A stretch of 12,002 nt of DNA from Candidatus Eiseniibacteriota bacterium. GTDB taxonomy: Bacteria > Eisenbacteria > RBG-16-71-46 > JABDJR01 > JAWXBZ01. The stretch is taken from positions 1 to 12,002 of the forward strand of contig JAWXBZ010000200.1 in the NCBI GenBank assembly GCA_034440375.1. The letters run 5' to 3'. Of the stretch, positions 5,888-12,002 are shown in pieces. The notes beneath the pieces were generated by a model, which worked only from the letters and a program-made list of their open reading frames with translations, was not told where the DNA came from and did no database searches. The translations under genes and the position numbers were made by a program. Position 1 is the stretch's first letter, and each line of letters starts with the position of its first letter.

Positions 5888-6907
5888 ATGGATGACCGCA
5901 CGCACGATACCCATGACGACACCGACGTGCCGGCTACCGCTGCCGATCCGAACGCCGACACGCTGGAGCGTTCGGAAACGCCGTCGGTCAGCCTGCCGGC
6001 TGAATCCGTCGTGCCCGCGGTGCCCGCCTCGCCTCCAATCGGTCTCAAGACGGGGGCGCTGCCATCCACCATCGGGCGGTTTCGGGTGCGCCGCATCATC
6101 GGCTCCGGCGGCATGGGGATCGTCTTCGAAGCACACGATCCGGACGAGAACCGAACCGTGGCCGTCAAGGTCATTCGACAGCGCGTGGCGTCGCCGTCGA
6201 CGCTTCGCCGTTTCGAGGCCGAGGCGCGTCTGCTGGCCCGCCTGATGCATCCGTCGATCGCGGCCATTTACGATGCGGGACGACACGAGGACGATGGACT
6301 GGTCCTGCCCTACCTGGCCCTCGAGTTCGTCCCGGCGGCACGCATCCTGACCCGTTTCGCCAACGAGGAAAAACTTGGTCTGGCGGCCCGGCTCCGACTC
6401 GTCATCACGATCGCCGATGGCGTGGCGTATGGCCACTCCCAGGGTGTCATCCACCGCGATTTGAAGCCAGGCAACATCCTCGTGAGCCAGGACGGGGAAC
6501 TCAAGATCATTGATTTCGGCGTCGCCTTTGCCGCCGAATCCGAAGGGGAACCACCAAGGGCTGTCGGACCACGGCGAGGCCTTGTCGGTACGCTGGCCTA
6601 CATGAGCCCCGAGCAGTGCGAGGGGGATTCGGCCCGGATCGACGCGCGCAGCGATGTCTACTCGATCGGCGCGGTCCTCTACGAACTGATCACCGGACAG
6701 ATGCCGGTGGAGGTCAAGGGGCTCCCGCTCAAGGAGGCCATCGCGGCCATCCTCAAGGTTCAGCCGTTGGCGCCTTCGACGCGCAATCCGGAGATCACTC
6801 CGGCGCTCGACGCCATCGTCCTCGCGGCTTTGAACAAGAATCCGGACGGCCGTTTCGCTTCGGCCAGCGCCCTCGCCGACGAGCTCCGAAATTGGCTTTC
6901 GGCGTGA
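5888..6907 (+). CDS. Hanks-type Ser/Thr protein kinase, catalytic domain only (339 aa)
   Basis: All catalytic motifs are intact: GSGGMGIV Gly loop, VAVK, RRFEAE, HRDLKPGN, DFG, GTLAYMSPE, DVYSIG. SD-like GAAGGA (5872-5877) precedes ATG 5888. The track start at 5660 overlaps the NifU gene. Confidence 0.95.
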   Translation: MDDRTHDTHDDTDVPATAADPNADTLERSETPSVSLPAESVVPAVPASPPIGLKTGALPSTIGRFRVRRIIGSGGMGIVFEAHDPDENRTVAVKVIRQRVASPSTLRRFEAEARLLARLMHPSIAAIYDAGRHEDDGLVLPYLALEFVPAARILTRFANEEKLGLAARLRLVITIADGVAYGHSQGVIHRDLKPGNILVSQDGELKIIDFGVAFAAESEGEPPRAVGPRRGLVGTLAYMSPEQCEGDSARIDARSDVYSIGAVLYELITGQMPVEVKGLPLKEAIAAILKVQPLAPSTRNPEITPALDAIVLAALNKNPDGRFASASALADELRNWLSA

Positions 6908-8547
6908 TCCTCTACCTCTCCAGCGCGGTCAGCGGCCGGCGACAGATATGGCCGCTGGAAGGCACCATCGTGGAGATCGGGCGCTCCTCCAAGTGCGCCA
7001 TCCAGCTGGCGGACGGCACCGTATCCAAGGTCCATTCGGAATTGTCCCGCGCCGGCGACGGCTGGCTGCTTCGCGACCTGGGCAGCCGCAACGGCACGCG
7101 GCTGAACGGGCAGCAGGTCAGCGAACCGAAGGCCATCAAGCCGGGCGACAAGCTCGAAGTCGGACAGGTGATCCTGGATGTCACCACCGAGGCCGACCCG
7201 ACGCCGACGATCTACAGTGATGCCTTCGACCTGGCCTCCTCGCTCCGGATACCGGCCGCTCAAATTCTGTCGCCGGGCGTCTCGCCTGCGACCGGGCCCG
7301 GGGCGGCCGACATCGTTCATCTCATGGCGGAAGTCGGGCAGCTCCTCATTCTGCCGCGCCCCCTTCCGGAAACATGCGACTTGATCCTGGCCATCGCCGA
7401 GCGGGCCGTTTCGGCCACGCGCCTCGTCCTCCTGCTGCGTGACAGGCCGGGAGCCGACCCGGTCCAGATGGCCGCCCGCATCAAGGGGGGGAGTGCCACC
7501 GAGCCGTTGGCCCTCTCGCGCACCATCATGGAGATGGTCCTGACCGAGAACACGGCCGTGGTGACGAAGGACGCCGCGCTCGATCCCCGCTTCAAGAGTC
7601 AGCAGAGCATCGTCCTGCAGGGGATTCATTCCGCGATGGCGGTGCCCCTCTTCGACAATACGCGGGTGCTGGGCCTCATCTACGCCGATTCAGTCGACCC
7701 GCGCGCCTACTATGGCCAGCGCGAACTCGAGGTACTGACGCTGGTGGCCAACATGGCCGCGGTCAAGATCACCAATGCCCGCCTGCTCGAAGCGGACGAC
7801 TCGCGTCGGCGGATGGCCCAGGAACTGGCCACGGCCACCGGCATCCAGCGCGGCATGCTGCCGGCCCGGCCGCCCGAAGTGGTCGGCTGGCGATTTCACA
7901 CCCGCCTTGAGTCCTGCTACGAGGTCGGCGGCGATCTGTACGACTTCCATGAGGCGCCCAACGGCACGGTCGGGTTCCTGGTCGGTGATGTGTCCGGCAA
8001 GGGGATGGGCGCTGCGCTGCTCATGTCGAGCTTCCTGTCATCCTCGCGGACGCTGTTCGACATGGGGCTCTCGCCCGGCGAACTGGTCACGCGCCTCAAC
8101 GCCCTGATGTATCGCAATAGCGATCCGGCCCATTTCGTGACGGCCTTCATCGCCAGACTCGATCCGAATAACGGGCGCCTGGAGTTCGTCAACGCCGGCC
8201 ATCCACCGCCGTACCTGATCGGGCCCTCCGGTATGCGCACGCTGGATGCCACCGGAATCCCCATCGGCATGCTCGAGGAATTTCCGTTCACGGTCGGATC
8301 GATCGACATCGAGCCCGGTGATCTCCTGGCCGTCTTCACCGACGGCATCCCGGAAGCCAAGCGCGGCGACGACTTTTTCGAGGACGAGCGTCTCGAGGGG
8401 ATCTTGAAGGAACTGGCGCCGACACTCGATATCGACGAACTCGGCCCTGAACTGATCCGACGCGTGGATGCCTTCCTGGACGGCGAGCCCCGATCGGATG
8501 ACATCACCCTGTTGCTGGTCAGTCGCGAGGGAACTCAGGCCTCCTGA
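6904..8547 (+). CDS. FHA-GAF-PP2C (SpoIIE/RsbU-type) protein phosphatase (547 aa)
   Basis: FHA: IGRS, SKVH, DLGSRNGT. GAF: SRTI...DAALDPRF..QQSIVLQGIHSAMAVPL...GLIYADS. SpoIIE: VGGDLYD, GDVSGKG, NAGH, FTDGIPEA, DDIT. The GTG start at 6904 overlaps the kinase TGA (GTGA). Confidence 0.93.
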   Translation: MILYLSSAVSGRRQIWPLEGTIVEIGRSSKCAIQLADGTVSKVHSELSRAGDGWLLRDLGSRNGTRLNGQQVSEPKAIKPGDKLEVGQVILDVTTEADPTPTIYSDAFDLASSLRIPAAQILSPGVSPATGPGAADIVHLMAEVGQLLILPRPLPETCDLILAIAERAVSATRLVLLLRDRPGADPVQMAARIKGGSATEPLALSRTIMEMVLTENTAVVTKDAALDPRFKSQQSIVLQGIHSAMAVPLFDNTRVLGLIYADSVDPRAYYGQRELEVLTLVANMAAVKITNARLLEADDSRRRMAQELATATGIQRGMLPARPPEVVGWRFHTRLESCYEVGGDLYDFHEAPNGTVGFLVGDVSGKGMGAALLMSSFLSSSRTLFDMGLSPGELVTRLNALMYRNSDPAHFVTAFIARLDPNNGRLEFVNAGHPPPYLIGPSGMRTLDATGIPIGMLEEFPFTVGSIDIEPGDLLAVFTDGIPEAKRGDDFFEDERLEGILKELAPTLDIDELGPELIRRVDAFLDGEPRSDDITLLLVSREGTQAS

Positions 8548-8575
8548 GTCCCTTCCAATAACCTTGGAGGAGCTC

Positions 8576-9106
8576 ATGTTTCGCAAGTCATCTCTTGTCT
8601 CCATCCTGATCGCGGTGCCGGTTTTAGTTGCCGCGCCAGGCATCCGGACCGCCCACGCCCGCACCAGCGAAACACCACTCGTTCGCATCGAGGCGACATC
8701 CACCATCGCCGCCAAACCCGACGCCGTCTGGAAGTGGATGACCCAGGGAAAGAACCTGGTCACCTGGTGTCCGGTCTGGAAGAGCGACGCCAATCAGAAG
8801 GTGGATTTGAAAAAGGTCGGGGACACCCTCGATTTCACCGATCAGTGGGGCAACGGCGGGCGGTCCATCGTCACCTTCCTCGCGGAAAAAAAGGAACTGC
8901 GGGTGGCCCACGAACCGGCCGACGGTTCCTACCTGTGCCAATCCCGCGTGATTCTGACGCCGGCTGGATCTGGCACGAATGTCAAATGGGTGGAACAGTA
9001 CAGCGATGCCAGCGTGCCGGCTGACAAGGCGGCCACGGCCACCAAGATGGAAGCCGACATCGCCGCCAATCTCAACACCCTGAAAGCGGCCATCGAGAAA
9101 AAATAA
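8576..9106 (+). CDS. Secreted SRPBCC (START/Bet v1-like) family protein (176 aa)
   Basis: SD GGAGGAG precedes ATG 8576. The signal peptide ends in AHA. The SRPBCC pattern is IEATSTIAAKPDAVWKWMT...VTWCP...LTPAGSGTNVKW...NLNTLKAAIE. Confidence 0.85.
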   Translation: MFRKSSLVSILIAVPVLVAAPGIRTAHARTSETPLVRIEATSTIAAKPDAVWKWMTQGKNLVTWCPVWKSDANQKVDLKKVGDTLDFTDQWGNGGRSIVTFLAEKKELRVAHEPADGSYLCQSRVILTPAGSGTNVKWVEQYSDASVPADKAATATKMEADIAANLNTLKAAIEKK

Positions 9107-9118
9107 CCGGAGGTACCC

Positions 9119-11167
9119 GTGCCCGTTCTGCCGAGCGCCTGCCCACTCGATTGTCCGGATCATTGCAGCCTGAACGTCACCGTGGAGGAGGGGAAGGTCG
9201 TCCGCGTGGAGGATCGACCGGCCAATCCCCTGACGGCCGGCTTCATCTGCGGCAAGGTGCGGCGGATCGCTCGGCATCTCTACGGCGAGGATCGTCTCCG
9301 CTATCCGGCCATCCGCGCGGGAAAGAAGGGGGAGGGGCGCTTCCGCCGCGTCTCGTGGGATGAGGCGCTGGACCTCATCGCTCTGCGATTTGCGGAGATC
9401 CGTCGGACCAGCGGTGGCGAGGCCATCCTGCCCTACTACTACGGTGGCTCGAACGGTGCGCTGACCCAGGACGCCACCGATGCACGGCTTTTTCGACGGC
9501 TCGGCGCCACTCGGATCCTGCGCACGCTCTGTGCCGCGGCCACCGGCCGGGCCACGGCGGGGCTTTACGGCCGGATGCCCGGCGTGGCTTATCCGGATTA
9601 CGAGAACGCGGCCATGATCCTGGTCTGGGGTCAGAATCCATCGGCATCGAGCATTCACCTGGTGCCGATCATCCGCCGCGCGGTGGAAAAGGGGGCACGG
9701 CTCATCGTCATCGACCCCCGGAAGACGCCGCTGGCCAAGCTGGCGCACCGTCACCTGGCCGTGCGGCCCGGCACGGATCTGGTGCTGGCCATGGCCCTGG
9801 CGCGCTGGCTTTTCGTGAACGGCCGCGCGGACGACGCGTTCCTGGCAGCGCATGCCACCGGCGTGGATCAGTTCCGCGAACGGGCCATGCCATGGACGCC
9901 CGCGGCGGCAGCCACGGCGACCGGCATCCCGGCCGCCGACATCGAGGCCACGGCCGCCGAGTACGCGGACGCCAGTCCCGCGGTCATTCGTTGCGGCTGG
10001 GGTCTCGAGCGGAATCGCAACGGTGGCTCGGCGGTGGCGTCGGTCATCGCCCTGCCGGCCGTGGCCGGAAAATTCGGCGTTCGGGGCGGCGGCTACACGC
10101 TCAGCAATTCCGCCGCCTGGAAATTGTCGCCGTCGGTCGACGACGCCGAGCCAATCGGGCGCGTCATCAACATGAACGACCTGGGCGAGGCGCTCCTGAC
10201 GCTCGAATCGCCCCGAATCGAGGCCCTGTTCGTCTACAACGCCAATCCGATGATGACCGTGCCGGATCAGAACAAGGTGCAACAGGGGATGTCACGCGAG
10301 GATCTGTTCACCGTGATTTTCGATTCGATGGCCACCGACAGCGCCCGGTACGCCGACGTCGTCCTGCCCGCCACCACGTTCCTCGAGCACACCGAGCTCT
10401 CACGCGGATACGGCTCCATGTCGCTCCAACTGGCCACGCCGGTCGTCGCGCCGGAGGGGGAGGCCAGGCCAAACTATCAGGTCTTTGGCGATCTGGTACG
10501 GCGATGCGGTCTGTCGAAGCCGGGGGACACCGACGATCCAATCGAGCTCACCCGAAAGATCCTGGCCGACCAGGCAAATACGGACGGCCTCATGGCCACG
10601 ATCGCGGCGAACGGCGTGGCCGTTCCGGACTCGGGCGAGTGCCCGATCCAGTTCGTCGATGTCTTTCCGCGGACGGACGATCGAAAGGTCCATCTCTGTC
10701 CGGCCGATCTCGATGCCGAGGCACCGCAGGGCCTGTACCACTGGCAGCCCGACCCCGGCACGCCGCGTTACCCGCTGGCCCTGATTTCGCCCGCCCTCGC
10801 GACGACGATCAGTTCCACCTTCGCCCAGTTGATCCCCGGCATCATCCCCGTGGAAATCCACCCGGATGACGCCGCGTCCCGCGGCATCGTGGATGGCTCC
10901 GCCGTCCGGATCCACAATGAACTGGGCGAAGTCCACACCACGGCCCGGCTCTCCACGGACATGAGCCCCGGCGTGGTCAGCCTTCCCAAGGGTCTCTGGG
11001 CCCGCCACACGACGAACGGCGCCACCGCCAACGCCCTCTCACCGGCCACGCACTCGGACCTCGGCGGCAACGCCTGTTTCAATGACGCGCGGGTGGAGAT
11101 CGAGACGCTCGATCAGGCGAACTCGCATCGAAGCAAATTCGCCGAACCTCACCGCACCGGAAAGTAG
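9119..11167 (+). CDS. Molybdopterin (Mo/W-bisPGD, DMSO reductase superfamily) oxidoreductase with N-terminal 4Fe-4S motif (682 aa)
   Basis: SACPLDCPDHC...GFICGK (4Fe-4S), RLRYP, SWDEALD, TLCAAA (candidate Cys Mo ligand), VIDPRKT, RPGTD, YADVVLPATTFLE and a C-terminal dinucleotide-binding domain (VEIHPDDAASRGI). SD GGAGG (9109-9113) precedes the GTG. No Tat signal. The substrate cannot be assigned. Confidence 0.93.
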   Translation: MPVLPSACPLDCPDHCSLNVTVEEGKVVRVEDRPANPLTAGFICGKVRRIARHLYGEDRLRYPAIRAGKKGEGRFRRVSWDEALDLIALRFAEIRRTSGGEAILPYYYGGSNGALTQDATDARLFRRLGATRILRTLCAAATGRATAGLYGRMPGVAYPDYENAAMILVWGQNPSASSIHLVPIIRRAVEKGARLIVIDPRKTPLAKLAHRHLAVRPGTDLVLAMALARWLFVNGRADDAFLAAHATGVDQFRERAMPWTPAAAATATGIPAADIEATAAEYADASPAVIRCGWGLERNRNGGSAVASVIALPAVAGKFGVRGGGYTLSNSAAWKLSPSVDDAEPIGRVINMNDLGEALLTLESPRIEALFVYNANPMMTVPDQNKVQQGMSREDLFTVIFDSMATDSARYADVVLPATTFLEHTELSRGYGSMSLQLATPVVAPEGEARPNYQVFGDLVRRCGLSKPGDTDDPIELTRKILADQANTDGLMATIAANGVAVPDSGECPIQFVDVFPRTDDRKVHLCPADLDAEAPQGLYHWQPDPGTPRYPLALISPALATTISSTFAQLIPGIIPVEIHPDDAASRGIVDGSAVRIHNELGEVHTTARLSTDMSPGVVSLPKGLWARHTTNGATANALSPATHSDLGGNACFNDARVEIETLDQANSHRSKFAEPHRTGK

Positions 11168-12002
11168 CCCACGTCCTTCACGACCTTCTGGCCCGCGTCC
11201 GACTGCACCCAGGCCAGGAATGCCGAGGCGGCCTCGCCCGGATTCGACAGCGTGTACCAGTAGAGGGGACGGGCCAGCGGATAGCTGCCGTCACGCACGG
11301 TGGCTTCGCCCGGCTCGATGGCCACGCCGCCATCCTCCTGGCTCACGGCCAGGTGCTTGATGCCGACGCCGTAGGCGTAGCCGCCGTAACCGATGCCCGC
11401 GGGGTCATTGCCAATGGCATCCGCCACCGCGGCCGTTCCGGGAAGGGTCTGCACCTGCGGCGCGAAGTCGGCGCCGTCGAGGACATGCTCCTTGAAGAAG
11501 ACATACGTGCCGGAAGAACTCTCGCGCCCATACACCACGATCACCTTGTCCGGCCCGCCGACATCCTTCCAGTTCGTGATGACGCCGGTGTAGATCCCCT
11601 TGATCTGGGACACCGTAAGTCCGGTGAGCGCATTCGACTGATGGACGTAGATCGTCACGCCGTCGAGCGCCACCGAATGCTCCTCGACCTTCCGGCCACT
11701 CTTGTCCTCGATCTGCTTCTTCTCGGTGTCCTTCATGCTGCGGGAGGACTGGGCAATCTCCGTCGTCCCGTTGATCAGCGCCGCGATCCCGGTCCCCGAG
11801 CCGCCGCCAGTCACCTGGATGACCGCTCCCGGCGTCGTGGCCATGTATACCTCGGCCCACTTTTGACCCAGGATGACCATGGTGTCCGACCCCTTCAGCG
11901 TGACCGCGCGCGCGCGGGAACTGCCGCCGCCGCAAGAGGCGAGGGTCAGCACCATCAGGGACATCGAAACGGCCAGTGAAAGAATCGATCGGGTACGAGC
12001 AA
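11149..12002 (-). CDS. pstS: Phosphate ABC transporter substrate-binding lipoprotein PstS (5' end outside the window)
   Basis: KGSDT, GGGSGTGIAALING, SSR, VALDG, NWKDVGG, RESSSGT and YPLARPLY motifs, plus lipobox LASC. The frame is open from the ATG at 11964 to the window edge (...ARTRSILSLAVSMSL), so the true start is probably upstream. Confidence 0.95.
   Translation of the reverse strand, partial: ARTRSILSLAVSMSLMVLTLASCGGGSSRARAVTLKGSDTMVILGQKWAEVYMATTPGAVIQVTGGGSGTGIAALINGTTEIAQSSRSMKDTEKKQIEDKSGRKVEEHSVALDGVTIYVHQSNALTGLTVSQIKGIYTGVITNWKDVGGPDKVIVVYGRESSSGTYVFFKEHVLDGADFAPQVQTLPGTAAVADAIGNDPAGIGYGGYAYGVGIKHLAVSQEDGGVAIEPGEATVRDGSYPLARPLYWYTLSNPGEAASAFLAWVQSDAGQKVVKDVGYFPVR

Noticed and set aside
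8624-10282. 552-aa minus-strand ORF and other long antisense or alternate-frame ORFs (788..1621, 5527..6267, 6760..7629, 8038..8793, 9892..10869, 11353..11979)
   Set aside because: These are shadow ORFs expected from high-GC codon bias. Each overlaps a gene with clear family motifs and has none of its own.
1-12002. CRISPR array, tRNA, rRNA, intact integrase or reverse transcriptase
   Set aside because: I saw no regularly spaced direct repeats, cloverleaf or rRNA signatures, YADD-type RT motif or tyrosine-recombinase motifs.

Overview
GC-rich bacterial window with two parts. The left ~2.6 kb is an accessory, decayed-mobile-element zone that the ORF track does not resolve: a frameshifted, nonsense-disrupted IS91-family transposase Zn-binding fragment (~318-554); a secreted protein ending in a 'TPVxxxTWxxxK' tail (902-1744); an intrinsic terminator followed 5 nt later by the 5' domain I of a group IIC-like intron with no RT ORF or domain V (1834-~2060); degenerate attC-like inverted repeats; and a small, probably leaderless membrane-protein gene. 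The rest is intact chromosome. On the minus strand is a GIDE-domain protein (long N-terminal extension) plus LemA. Diverging from it on the plus strand is a tightly packed run: NifU/NfuA-type Fe-S carrier, stand-alone Hanks Ser/Thr kinase, FHA-GAF-PP2C(SpoIIE) phosphatase, secreted SRPBCC protein and molybdopterin oxidoreductase. That run converges on a PstS phosphate-binding lipoprotein whose start lies beyond the right edge. All family calls come from motif recognition by eye; no database search was run.
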